A stretch of 43,669 bases of DNA, from positions 62,001-105,669 of the forward strand of contig MEDY01000051.1 in assembly GCA_001724265.1 (NCBI GenBank). Reading direction: 5' to 3'. Position 1 is the stretch's first letter. Each line of letters opens with the position of its first letter. The notes beneath the pieces are model-generated. The model was not told where the DNA came from and ran no database searches. It saw only the letters and a program-made list of their open reading frames with translations. Shown here one piece after another: positions 10,433 through 22,066 of the stretch. The position numbers and the translations under genes were made by a program. The stretch is from Rhizaria sp. SCN 62-66. Lineage: Eukaryota.

Positions 10433-13400
10433 TCACTTGCGCTTGCTGCGCTTCTGTGCGCCGGAGCCGGTGGACCGCTGGCGCAGCGAGGCCATCTCGG
10501 CGTCCAGACTGGCGTCAAGGGCCGAGTCGGCGCGCTTATGGGCCTTGCGCGCGGCGAGCGCAGCCTTGAAAGCCGAGAGGATCTCCATCTGCGCGCGCGG
10601 GCCGAGTTGGACGTTGCCTTCGTCATCCTCCTCGTCCTCATCGTTGTCGTCGTCCTCGCTGTCGTCGGCGCCGGCCTCCTCTTGGTTGCTGTCCTCGTCC
10701 TCTTCCTCGTCATTGTCGCCGTCCTCGTCCTCGTCCTCGGACATGATCTCACCGACCTCGTCCTCGTCCTCGTCCTCGCCGTTGCCGGCGAACTCGGCGT
10801 CCTCCTCGTCGTCCTCGTCCTCGTCGTCGCCCAGGTCGTGCATCTCGGCGTTCATCTTATGCCCGACCTCGCCGTCCACCGTCACCTCGATCAGGCCCTT
10901 AAGGTAGAGCTCGCACACGAACCAGTGCAGGAACATCTTCTTGATGCGCTTCGTGATGCGCGGCTGCGACGAGCCCTCGCCGTCCTCGTCCTCGTCCTCA
11001 TCAGCGTCCTCGTCCTCGTCCTCGTCCTCGTCTTCGCCGTCGCCGTCGCCGTCCTCGCCCATGAGCGCGAAGGGCAGCTCCGAGTCGAACTGCGTGGCCG
11101 TGTGCAGCATCGCGCCCCAGTCGAGCTCGATCTCGTCCACGCGAAGGAAGCGCGGCGCCTCGGTCAGCAGCTGCCGGAACGCAGTCAGCGTCGTGATCGG
11201 GAACGATAGCGGGTTACACAGCGGGTTGAAGTACGGCTTGTACAGCTCGCCCGACATGGCCTCGGCTTCAGCGGCCTCGGCGGCCTCGTCGTCCTCGTCC
11301 TCGTCGCTGTCCATGCCGCCGGCATCGACCTCATCCTCGTCTTCGTCCTCGTCACCGTAGACGGCGCCGTCCATGCCCTCGGTGTCGCCGGAATGAACGA
11401 AGTCCTCGTCGTCCTCGTCCTCGTCCTCGTCCTCACCGGCTGCGCGGCGCGCGACCTCGGCGTAGCGCGCGTAGCGGTCGCGCTTGTCTGCGCTGCTGAG
11501 CACGCCCGCGCCGCCGACCATGTGCGTGCGCCGGTCGTTGAGGTCGGCCGAGTAGACCGAGACCTGGACGCGCGAGGGCGGCAGGTTAGACATGTAGTAC
11601 ATCGTCTTTTCCGTAGCGCCGCCGGCCTCGCCGTCCTCATCCTCGTCCTCGTCCTCGTCCTCATCGTCGTCGCCGCCGGCCAGCTTGGCGAGAGCGGCCT
11701 TCTTGGCGGCCTTCTTATTGGCCTGCGCGCGCTTGATGTCCGCGATGGACGCGAAACCGTCCTCGTCGGCGCTCACGGGGTCGCTGTCATCGCCGTCGTC
11801 CTCGGCAGCAACGTCATCATCCTCATCCTCATCCTCGTCTTCGCCCTCATCCTCGTCCTCATCCTCGTCCTCGTCCTCGTCGTCCTCGGACTCGGCCTCG
11901 ACGACGGGCTCGACGGCGACGGTGACACCGTCGGGCGACTTGAGGCGGATGCACGAGCTCATCTTGATGTGGCGCAGCACGTTGTACACCTCAACCATGG
12001 GCTGGCCCGCGGTCGCACTGAGCGCCACGGGCAGCATCATCGCCAGGTCGTCGTTGGTCTCGCTGTCCTCCTCGTCTTCGTCTTCGTCCTCGTCCTCGTC
12101 GAACGCGACGCGATCAACGCCGTCCTCGTCCTCGTCCTCGTCCTCAGCGTCGGCATCAACGTCCTCGTCCTCATCCTCGTCCTCATCCTCGTCCTCGTCC
12201 TCGTCGGACTCGTCGTCCGAGTCGTCAGGGCGGTAGTAGTCGGGCTTGGGCAGGCGGTGCAGCGCGAAGTCGCGCTGCAGCTCGTCGGCCGCGGCGTGGA
12301 TGTTGACGTGCTCGGCGAGCGCGCGCAGCCACGACTGGACCTTGTCGGCGCAGAAGGTCTGGCGCAGCGAGCGCAGGTAGTCGCGCTGCTCGGGGTTCAC
12401 GTTGCCCGCGCGCAGCCAGAGCCGGTTGTGGTGGCCCGTGTCGTCGCCCATGACGCGCAACGGAATCGACGGCGCGTACTGAGACATGTCGTCCTCGTCC
12501 TCGTCGGGGTTGAACTCGTAGTCGCTGCTCTCCTCTTCCTCCTCGTCGTCGTCGGCAGCAGCGGCAGCCTTCTTGCCCTTGGCGATAACAGCCTTGGAGA
12601 CGGCCTTCTTGCCGCCCTTCTTGCCCGCAGCGCCAGAGTCGGAGTCGTCCGAGTCGGACACGACTTCCTGGAACTCGGCGTCGTCGTCAGAGTCGGCGGA
12701 GGCCTTGTCGCCCTTCTTGCCCTTCTTGGCGTACTTGTTGTTCTTGCCGGCCTTAGCGTCGGGTTTGACGCTCACGGTCTGCGTCTTGCTGCCCTTCTTG
12801 AGCAGGTTCTTCTTCTTGTACACCGTCTCCTCGTCCGAAAGCTCGAAATCAGAGTCGATGTCGACGTCCTCGTCGCCCTCCTGCGGCGCGAGCGAGTCCA
12901 GGTCGATCTGACCCTGCTCGTCGTCCTCTTCCTCCTCCTCCTCGTCCTCGTCGCCGCCGTTGGTGCCGGCCTGCTCCTCGGCGATGATGCCCTCCGCCGT
13001 CACGGCCGCGTCGTGCACAGTGCCCAGGAAGGCGCCGTAGTTGAGCGGCAGCGCGCGCTTGATGCTGGGATCGGACTGCTTGAGTCCCTCGAGCGCGGCC
13101 GTGAGCGCGACCGAAAGTAGTGACGCCCAGTTGCTGCCCTGCGCGCACGAGATCGTGAGGTGCGACGACAGGCAGTCGGCCTGCGTCACGGCCTCATGGA
13201 TCACGCCGCGAGGCAGGTACAGCAGGTCACCTGCCGACAGCGTGATCTCCGCCGTCGGCTCGCCGAGCGACTCGCGCGGGAGATCACCAGAGCAGCGCTC
13301 GGCGAGCTCGTCGATGGGCCGGTACAGGCGCCACGTCTTCCGGCCCTCGAGCTGGCAGACGAAGACCTCGACGTCGTCGTGGTGCGGCGCGAGCCCCTGC

Positions 13401-15181
13401 GAGCCGGGCGGTGTGATGTAGCAGTTGGCGCCGACGAGTCCACCAAAGAAGCGCTCGAGCGCGTAGAGCGTGCGCCACACGGCCTTGCTGTGCTGCTGCG
13501 GGTGCAGCGCCTGCAGCGTGCAGCCCACGCGCAGCATGTCCGACGCGCTGTGCGTCGTCACCAGCTGCCGCGCGCGCTCCTGTTCGTCGTCGAGCGCCTG
13601 CAGCTTCTCCAGCGCCGCGCGCAGCGTGAGCCCCTGAAGCGCGTCGTCGACGGTGCTTTGCGAGAGCGCGTCGTCAAGGCTCTCGTCCTCAGCGTCGTCG
13701 CCCGCGCGCGGCACGTTGGCCGAGCCCAGGTCCGGGATGGGCTCCTCCTCGGGGTCCTTGCCCTCCTTGCGCATCGCGCGCACGGCGCGGAGCAGGCGGC
13801 GCATCATGACGTCTACGCCGCGCGCCGTCGGGTTGGAGTGCGGGTTCATGTCAATCTTGACGCCGTCGGCGTTCATCACGCACGCCTCGACGTTCTTGCC
13901 CCACAGCATCGCGCCGTGCGCGCCGGACTCGGCCTCGGCGGCCGCGGACCCGTCGCCGACGCCCGCGAAGACCTCGCGCGCCGTCGTCGCGCCGTCGCGG
14001 CCGTCGATGGCGGACATGGCGCCCAGCGCGCCCTCGGGGTGGCTCGGCCGCAGGGCCGCCTCGGCCTCGGCCACGTGCGCGCGCGCCTCGTCCAGGTACT
14101 CCTGCGCCTCGGTATACTTGGAGTACACGCGCTCGACCTCGGCCTTAGAAGGCATGCCCGCGCGCTTCTTGCTGGCCGCCTTGGAGCCCTTCTTGGCGTC
14201 CTTCTTGGCGTCCTTGCCGGCCTTCTTGCTCTTGGCCTCGCCCTCCTCCTCCTCCTCGTCGTTGTCGTCAGAGGAGCTGGCGTCGCCGTCGAGCGACTTG
14301 CCCAGCGTGAGCCGCTCGAGTGCGGCCCACTCCTCGGCCGACTCGGCGGCCGCGGCCTCGACCTCGGCGAGCATCTGCTTGGCCTCGGCCAGGCGAGCCA
14401 CGGCCTTCTCCTTGCGCGCAACGGCGTCGAAAAAGGCGTCGATGCCGTACAGCCCGGCGAAGTAATCCTTCTTGTCACGCTTGACGTACAGCGGGCGCTT
14501 CTCCCAGTACTGCGTGAAGAACTGGTCCACGGTGAGGGGCGCGATGAGCGCGGAGAAGACGAGGTTGGGCTCGCCGTAGTCGACGCAGGCCATGAAGTCG
14601 CCAGATTCGGGGTGCTCGTGGTCGTGCGCGGCCGCGCGGGCCTCGTCGTCCTCGTCCTCGTCCTCGTTGAGGTCCTGCAGATCGGCGTCGTCCATGTCGT
14701 CGACGTCCTCGTCCTCGTCCTCCTCCTGGGCGGACTCGGAATCGGAGTCCTTCATCGCGGCGGCAGCCTTGCCCTTCGCGGTGGCAGCCTTGGCGGACTT
14801 CGAGGGGGCAGCGGCGGCGGCAGCGGGCTTGGCGGCGGACTGGCTCTTGGCCTTAGCCTTGGCGGCGTCGGCGGCGGCAGTGAGCTTCGCGATCGCAGAG
14901 GCAGCGGCCTTGACGTTGGCATCGTTCGCAGCAGCCTTGGCAGCGGCGGCAGCGGCAGCCTTGGAGGCAGCAGCAGCCTTCTCGGCTTTAAGCACGTCGG
15001 AGCGGCTCGCAGTGGAAGGGATGAGGTCGGGCACGTCGTCGCTGTCGTCACCGGAGGCATGTTTGTTGCCCTTGCCCTTGGTGCTGGACTTGCCGGGCTT
15101 CGCAGCAGCGGTGGGGGCGGCAGCGGCGGGCTTGGAGCCGCCGTGCGCCTGCGGGGGAGAAGGCTTCTTCCCCTTGGACAT
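10433..15181 (-). CDS. RIOX1: NO66/RIOX1-family JmjC ribosomal oxygenase with very large Asp/Glu and Lys/Ala insertions (~1582 aa, single exon)
   Basis: Motifs LIAPLTVDQFFTQYWEKRPLYVKR, GCTLQALHPQ, LVGANCYITPPGSQGLAPHHDDVEVFVCQLEGRKTWRLY, LSAGDLLYLPRGVIHEA and SSHLTIS. The HxD...H iron triad is intact. ATG at 15181, stop TGA. Confidence 0.9.
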   Translation of the reverse strand: MSKGKKPSPPQAHGGSKPAAAAPTAAAKPGKSSTKGKGNKHASGDDSDDVPDLIPSTASRSDVLKAEKAAAASKAAAAAAAKAAANDANVKAAASAIAKLTAAADAAKAKAKSQSAAKPAAAAAAPSKSAKAATAKGKAAAAMKDSDSESAQEEDEDEDVDDMDDADLQDLNEDEDEDDEARAAAHDHEHPESGDFMACVDYGEPNLVFSALIAPLTVDQFFTQYWEKRPLYVKRDKKDYFAGLYGIDAFFDAVARKEKAVARLAEAKQMLAEVEAAAAESAEEWAALERLTLGKSLDGDASSSDDNDEEEEEGEAKSKKAGKDAKKDAKKGSKAASKKRAGMPSKAEVERVYSKYTEAQEYLDEARAHVAEAEAALRPSHPEGALGAMSAIDGRDGATTAREVFAGVGDGSAAAEAESGAHGAMLWGKNVEACVMNADGVKIDMNPHSNPTARGVDVMMRRLLRAVRAMRKEGKDPEEEPIPDLGSANVPRAGDDAEDESLDDALSQSTVDDALQGLTLRAALEKLQALDDEQERARQLVTTHSASDMLRVGCTLQALHPQQHSKAVWRTLYALERFFGGLVGANCYITPPGSQGLAPHHDDVEVFVCQLEGRKTWRLYRPIDELAERCSGDLPRESLGEPTAEITLSAGDLLYLPRGVIHEAVTQADCLSSHLTISCAQGSNWASLLSVALTAALEGLKQSDPSIKRALPLNYGAFLGTVHDAAVTAEGIIAEEQAGTNGGDEDEEEEEEDDEQGQIDLDSLAPQEGDEDVDIDSDFELSDEETVYKKKNLLKKGSKTQTVSVKPDAKAGKNNKYAKKGKKGDKASADSDDDAEFQEVVSDSDDSDSGAAGKKGGKKAVSKAVIAKGKKAAAAADDDEEEEESSDYEFNPDEDEDDMSQYAPSIPLRVMGDDTGHHNRLWLRAGNVNPEQRDYLRSLRQTFCADKVQSWLRALAEHVNIHAAADELQRDFALHRLPKPDYYRPDDSDDESDEDEDEDEDEDEDEDVDADAEDEDEDEDGVDRVAFDEDEDEDEDEEDSETNDDLAMMLPVALSATAGQPMVEVYNVLRHIKMSSCIRLKSPDGVTVAVEPVVEAESEDDEDEDEDEDEDEGEDEDEDEDDDVAAEDDGDDSDPVSADEDGFASIADIKRAQANKKAAKKAALAKLAGGDDDEDEDEDEDEDGEAGGATEKTMYYMSNLPPSRVQVSVYSADLNDRRTHMVGGAGVLSSADKRDRYARYAEVARRAAGEDEDEDEDDEDFVHSGDTEGMDGAVYGDEDEDEDEVDAGGMDSDEDEDDEAAEAAEAEAMSGELYKPYFNPLCNPLSFPITTLTAFRQLLTEAPRFLRVDEIELDWGAMLHTATQFDSELPFALMGEDGDGDGEDEDEDEDEDADEDEDEDGEGSSQPRITKRIKKMFLHWFVCELYLKGLIEVTVDGEVGHKMNAEMHDLGDDEDEDDEEDAEFAGNGEDEDEDEVGEIMSEDEDEDGDNDEEEDEDSNQEEAGADDSEDDDNDEDEEDDEGNVQLGPRAQMEILSAFKAALAARKAHKRADSALDASLDAEMASLRQRSTGSGAQKRSKRK

Positions 15182-15671
15182 TCTAATCAAGTAGCAACGA
15201 GGGGTAATGAAAGCAAACGGGAGAGGTGAGACGGTATGCATGGAGCGGAAGCACGTGGGGGCCAGGTCAGATTGAGGAAGGAGTCGCGAATGTGGTGTTC
15301 GGCCTTGGAGATTTGAGGATTAAAAAGCATATCCAAAGAAATGCCGTAAATAGATGTAATGCAAAAGAACATGGGCACATCTGTCAATCTGTTTCTTTAT
15401 CAGTTTGATGGGCATGTATAGCAAGATCATGTCATGTCCGTGACGGTGGACACCCGCGAAACCTGTTTGAGTGGGCGGGCGAGCCCCACAGTCGCAATCA
15501 CCATCTAGCAATTTGTGGTCAAACCACGTTTATCTGCATATCTTTGTCAAGAAAGTAGAACTACGAGTTAACGTTATAACATCAAGATAAATAAATACAA
15601 CATTCTTTTATATCTAACTATTATAAATGAATACATCATAATCCTTCGTCGGTATAGTGAGTACACACTCA

Positions 15672-18600
15672 TCACCGGTACCCCACTTTGCCGAGCGCGG
15701 CGGCTGCCCGATCAGCGCCATGTGCCGCCACGAGCGCGTCAGCCGCGGCACGCGCCGCGGGGAGCGGCTGCACTGCGAAGCTGCCCAGCGGCGGCGGCGC
15801 GCTCCTGTCGAGCGCCACGGCAGTGAGCGCCAGTGACGACGGCACTGGCGATGACTGGCTTGACTGGGAGGACTGGGAGCCGGAGTGCGAGCGCGAGGCT
15901 GAGTGCGACAGCGTGAGCTGCGCAAGCGGCGAGCTGGGCGACGCCGGGGAAACGGGGGAGACTGAGGAAGAGGGGACAGGCGCCGCACTCCAGTGGCCCT
16001 TCGCAACGTCGGCCGTACTAGCGGCAATACCGCTGGCTCCGTTTACAGCAGAGTTTTGAGATGATGTTAAGTCGGAGGCTGAACGGCTCGGAACGGTGGC
16101 ATCAAGATCGCTCATTGCCTACATTGCACGATCGTCTGCGCCATTGTCGTCGCTATGGTCGTCACTCTCCGTCTCGGTGCACTCTTCCTCGTCCGCTGTG
16201 TTTTCGTCGTCCCCGCTCTCCACCGACGCCGACGGCGACGCCCTCAGACCGGGCGCCGCCGCCTTGGCCGCCTCCGCCGCCGCGGACTCAATGCGGCGCT
16301 GGCGCATGTCCTCGCGGCGCTCGCCGCGGTCGTCGACGTAGTTGCCCTGCGGGTCGCGCGGCGCCGTCTTGAGCCCCGCGCCGCGCGCAAAGACGCCGCC
16401 GCCGAGGCCCTGCACCAACCCGGGGGGCAGGTTCGCGCTCGCCAGGCTCGTGGTAGCCGGGCTCGTGTTTGTCGGACTCGGACTCGGACTCGGACTCGAA
16501 CTATAGTCGGCGCCCTGGCCCGCGCCGCCGGCCACGGCAGAGCTGGCAAGAAAGTTCCCTCCCGCTGCCGACGGCGACCGCGCGGTGGCGCTGATGCCAA
16601 TCGGCGGCGTCGTCGCGGTGTTGACGTTGACGTTCAGGGAGCCGGCGCCGCCGCTGCGAGGCTGCGCGACGACTTGCGCCCGCAGCCGGTCGAGCGATAT
16701 CCGAGAGGGGTCCACCGTCGGCAAGCCTCCCAGCGAGCCGCCACCGCCCGCGGCGGCTGCCGGCGCAACGGCCGCTGCAGCTGCGGCGGGCGCAGCTGCG
16801 GCGGGGTGCATGTAGCTGTGGCTGTGGCTGCGGGCCCGCGCAGTGGCGTTGGCGGCCGCGACAGCGTCGGGCTCGCAGGCGCCGCCCACGGGGTCAGCGG
16901 CAGCGGCAGCGGCAGCGGCTGCGGCCGCAGAGGCGGCCGCCGCAGCGGCTGCCGAGGGGGCCGCTTTGCTACTGGCGCGCGCGTGCGCCGCGGCTAAGTG
17001 ATCCATCGGGCCAGCGCCGGCCTTAGCTCGCGCCCGGCTTAAGGCCTGAGTTGCCGCCGCCGTCGCTGTTGCCGCCGACTCACGGCGACTGCTTCCGCGG
17101 TCGCGAGTGGCGCTGCGATCGTCAGAGTCGCTGTCACTGTCGCCGATAATGTCAGCGGCAGGAGTATTGATCGCGCCCATCGCGGCGGTGTCAAGATTCT
17201 GGCCGCGGTCGCGGCCACGGAATACGCGACCAGTCGTGAACGGCGGCACGGGCACCAGTTTGAACGCCACAATGCGGTTCTTTGCTTGCCACTCACGCTC
17301 GCGGTCGCCCAGCGCTCTGGCGTCGAGCCCCAGTCCGAGGCCGCGGCCGAGCCCCACGGCGCGGCTGCGCGTCCCGGCGGGCAGGAGGGCGTAGCTCGCG
17401 TGCGGCATCGTGGCGGCGTAGGCGTTGAGCTCCTCTTCCGACGGGAGCATTACGCCCGTCACGGCCTGGCTCACACCGCCCCACTCGTCCCCGGGCGCCT
17501 GCCCAAGCTGCGGCGCCGCGGCGGCGGCCGCGGCGGGCTGCTGCCGGAGCGGCGCGCGCGCGACGAGACAAGGGCCCGGCAGCCGGATGCGGTTGATGCC
17601 GTGCCACAGGTTGTACTCTATTTGGCTCTTGTCCGTCGCCAAGCTCCCAGCAACCTTGTCGTCGACGTCCCGCGCGCGGGCCAGCAGCGCGCGCGCGCTG
17701 TCCCGCGCCTCGGTGGCCTCGCGCAGCGCCACCGCGCACTTCGCGACGTGAACCTGGGTGAGGTGCAGCGACTGCCGGGCTTCTTGCAGGGCTTGGCTCG
17801 CGGCGGCGTGCACAGCCACGGCTGCTGACAAGGCAGAGTTGCTAATGCCTTTCTGTGAACGCGCTGCTTGAAGCTGCTGTTTGGTTTCAATCTCAGCTTG
17901 CTCGGCAGCAGCCATGTTTGTGCGCGCTCTGTGAAAGATGGGGGAGAAGGCAAGAAAGGGGTTTGAGTGGAGAGTAATTTAGACATCCGACAAGTGAACA
18001 ATACAAATACATAATACTAAAAACAAGTTATGTTGCATTTATCGTGTGATTCAATATGATAGACGTACATATCAACTGTTTTGACGGCTTCAGCCTGCTC
18101 GACAGTATAATCCTTGACAGTCCCCTTGAAGAAGCGTGCCTGCCTCACAATGAGCGCGCGGCGCGCAGCTACTGACAGCAAGTGCCAGCGCTTTGTCGCC
18201 ACAAGATCGCGCTGGACCTCGACATCGCGCGCCATGTTAAGCCGGCGGGCGAGGTCAAGCACGATCGAGTCGATATCGCCAATCAGCTGCATGTCGAACC
18301 CGCCCGCGCCGTAGAGCACGACGGGCCCAGATTTGCGGTCGTCGCGGCCGCTCTGCTTCTGCTGCATAGCCAGCTGGAAATTAAGGTGTTTCTGGAAGTC
18401 TGACTTCGGCATGACGTCGTAGCCCGGCAGCGCGACGGGCTTGTGGTTGATCGCGACCACGCGCGCGTTGCGGGAGAGACGGTGCGGGAGCGCGCGCGTC
18501 GGGAACGCCTCGAGGGAAGAGCCGATGATGAGGACGAGCTTCACAGCGTCACGGTCCTCGTAGTTGTCAATGACGTCGACGCCGGTCATGGGGTTGTTCC

Positions 18601-21600
18601 TAAAGCTCTGCGGGAATGGGGCAAGATTAGGGATCATAAGACCCTTGCACTTGCACACGACTCCGGCCGTGTCGTCACTGTCATCATCGTCGTCATCATC
18701 GTCAGCGTCGTCGTCGTTTTCGCCCATCTCGCTCACGATGGTGATGTCACGCGCGCGGGTGCTCTTGCGGGTGCCGCTTGGGCCGCCGCTGGCGTTGCTC
18801 TTGATCACGCGGCTCTGCGCAGCCGCAGCGCTGGCCACGTTGTTTGATACGTTGTTTGACGACGCAAAGTACGAGTTTGATGAGGACGGCGCCAGAGTGT
18901 CTATGAGTCCACTGGACACAGACTGATCCACGTTCGCGTCATTAGGCTGCTCACTCTTGAATCGACTGCCGTAGCCGGACTCGGCTAATGTCGCACGGTC
19001 AGGCTTCTTAACAGTGACAATCATGCAGTCGACATCACTCTCACTCTCGATTTCGCTCTTGCCGCCCTGCTTGCCCCTCGCGTTATTGTTCTTCATCGCA
19101 GCCGCAAGCCGCGGACGCTTGCCGCTGCTGCCTTTCTCGTCATCATCACTATCATCGTCGCTCGAGTCAATGACGATCGGCCCCTCAAGCCCACCGCCCT
19201 GTTGGGTCAGCGTGATGCTGATGCGGCTCATGGCCAGCGCGGACCGCTGCGCCAGCCCACCGTGCTCAGCGACAAAGCCGTCCTCGCCATCAGCAGGCGC
19301 ACTGGTGCCATGTGAAGACGAAGAGGAGTGCGCACGCTTGCGGTTGTTAAGCTCTGCAGCGGCGCCACCCCCCAGGATTGAGTCCTTATACTTGTCAGAG
19401 ATGCGTGAGCCGCTGTAGACTTGTTCTGTCACCTTGACCGAGGGTGTGCTTAAGACTGCGCTGAAAATAGAGTTACTGCCGCGCTTTCGGGCCTTCTTCT
19501 GCTCGAGCCGAGCGCGCCGGGCTTCGGCAGCAACGGCCGCACATGTGACACACCCCAGAGGCTTGCCGTCGCCGCCACTGTTCTGAGCGTCATCAGACCC
19601 AAGAAGCAGCTTGGTCACAGCCTCCTTGTCCGGCTGGACGACACAGCTGCCGCGCGAGGCCACGCCGCCTGTACCGGAGAAAACCCCTCGGTCGATCACC
19701 GAGCCGTCATAGGCGCGGTGCGACTTGGAGCAGCGGAACGTGCTGAGACTGCCATTGCAGCGCACGAGCATCGACTGGCGCACCAGCGCCTCGGCCTCCA
19801 GGTCGTCCATGTTCTCTGTGTAAACGCGCGTGATGATCGAATCTTTGGTGTTAGACAGCAGCGACACGAAGAAGTGCGTGAACGACGGCAACACGAAGTT
19901 CTTGCGACGCAGCGCTGCGAGGTCGCGCACGAGTTGCTGGAGCTGCTGCTGCAGAGCGGCGCGCGCTGCGGGGTCCTCGCTCGTGGCCTTGTTGCTCAGC
20001 ATGCGCGTGATCTTAGTCTCCCAGGGCTCCGCGTCGGCGCCGGCAACGCCTCCGCTCGAGAGCGCGCCTGCGCGAACGATGCTGTTGGCGAACGAGCGGA
20101 AGAAGGCATAGGCCGGCCACATGCTAATAGGATTGGCGCCGCTTTCCGCACCTTGTGACATCCCTTTCTCGGTATCACTGTCACTTTCGCTTGCGTTAGC
20201 GCCCGCGTTGAGCTTGGCGACACCGTCTGTGTCGAGCGGCCTCGCCAACATGTTCCTGGCATCAGTTATGCGTGCCTTGTTCACGAACTTGCGCGCTTCA
20301 ATTTGTTCTGGGGAGCGAGTTGAGTCACTCCTGAGAGTGCTGTCATTCGACTCATCATCGGACACAGTACCTCCACAGAACTCAACGTCGGCAGTGGTCA
20401 CGTTCGCGGTGTTAAACTCTTGCAGCGGCATCTCCGTCCCCGGGTTTACGCCGCGCCTGAGTGTAAACGTCGCGATGCCGGTGCTGGCGCTGACCCCCGG
20501 CCCGAGGATGACGGCGACCGCGCGCTTGGAGCCCGGCCGCGACACGCTGCGCTTGTCGTCTTTGTCCTCGCCAGCGCCACGCTCGCGGTCCGCGCCGAGG
20601 CGTGAGAGCGTGCGCGGGTCCCGCATCGCGGCGACGAGGTCGTCGATTGACGCCAGGCCGCCCCTGTGCGGGGCGCGGTACGACTCATCGACCTTGCACA
20701 CGGGGCACATGAACTCGTGGTCGCGGTAGAACCGGAGGTCGTCGGGCGTGATCGGGGGCTCCACGCAGAAGCCGTGGAAGGACTGGTTGCACATGTCACA
20801 CAGGATGAGGTCGCCGGTGTTGCCGCACTTGGTGCAACTTTCGTTGTTAATGGATTTAAAAACAAAGTTAACATTGTTCCCATCCTCATCGTCGTCATCA
20901 TTATTGCTATCAGCGCTGGCGCTCTTGTCGGCGCTCTTGTTCTTGCTCTTACTTTTAGCTTTAGTCGACGCCTTAGCAGGCGCCTTCGCGGCAGCCTTAG
21001 CCTTGTCACTCGTCTTCGACTTCGTCTTGTCCTTGTCACTGCCACTGACAGGCTTGCTCTTCCCGCGACTCGAGCTGGAGCTGAAGCTGGAGCTGAAGCT
21101 GGAGCTCAAGCTCGACTTAGTAGAGCTCGAGGTCGAACTCGAGCCCGAGCGAGAGCTAGACGACTTCTTAATCGAGCTAGAGCCCGCGTCGGCAGCGCTG
21201 ACAAAGGAGCTGCTGGGTTGCGCCGAGGAGCGAGCCTTGGCCTGAGGCTGCTCAGGCGGGGCCTCGACCTTCACTCGGACTTCACCGCCGTCGCTGCGCC
21301 TGTTCTTGTTCTTGTCCTTGTTCTTGTCCTTGCTCGTGCCCTTGCTCGTGCCCTTGTCCTCGTCCTTGTGACTGGCCTTATTTGCGGTCTGTTTATCACC
21401 GCTGCGGCTACTAACACGACTATCCGCGAGACTGCTGCTGGCGCCGGCGCTGGCGCTGGTGCTGGCGGCGTTGTTGCGACCGCGCTCGCTGGTACTGCTG
21501 CGAGAGCTCTTGGCGTCGCTAGTGACAGCCGACTTGCTTGCACTGCCGGCCTTGTCCTTGCCCGACGCCTTGCCACTGGCCTAACCTTTGCCGTAATCCT

Positions 21601-22033
21601 GACCCTTGCTATAGTCATTACCCTTGCTGTAATGAGCGTTCTTGCCCTGCGGCCTGGCGTCCGTGGGCAGACGTGCGTTCTTCGCGTTGCCATTGTCAAT
21701 ACCCTTGCCTTTGTTCTTGCTCTGGCGCTGCGCACTGCCGGGCCAGTGCTTGCTGGGCCGACGGTCGTCGTAGTCGCTCCAGCGGTCGCTCTCGTCGTCG
21801 CTGCCGCTGCTACTGCCGCTGCCGCTCTCGATATCGATATCGCTCTCTGTGCAGTCGTCGCTGCTGCTCACGCTGGGGCTGCGGGCGCGACTGCGGCCGT
21901 GCGGACGGTGACGACTGCTGCTGTTGCTGCTGCTGCTGCTGCTGGTCTTGCCGTGGCCGCTACGACTGCGATTACTGCCACTACCGTGATGACTGCGAAT
22001 ACTGCCACTGTTGTCATTGTTACGGTTGTTGCG

Positions 22034-22066
<33 letters not shown>

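Noticed and set aside
10418-15229. Long plus-strand ORFs antisense to NO66 (e.g. 11393-13120, 13160-15229) and similar shadow ORFs over other genes
   Set aside because: Expected from high GC3 and repeat codons. Translations are VLVLVL or SSSS mirrors of the real protein.
18017-18019. Apparent TAG terminal stops of listed ORFs 18017-21274 and 34861-36273
   Set aside because: Both lie inside predicted introns (18068-17929 and 34894-34550), so they are not gene ends and do not contradict the code inference.
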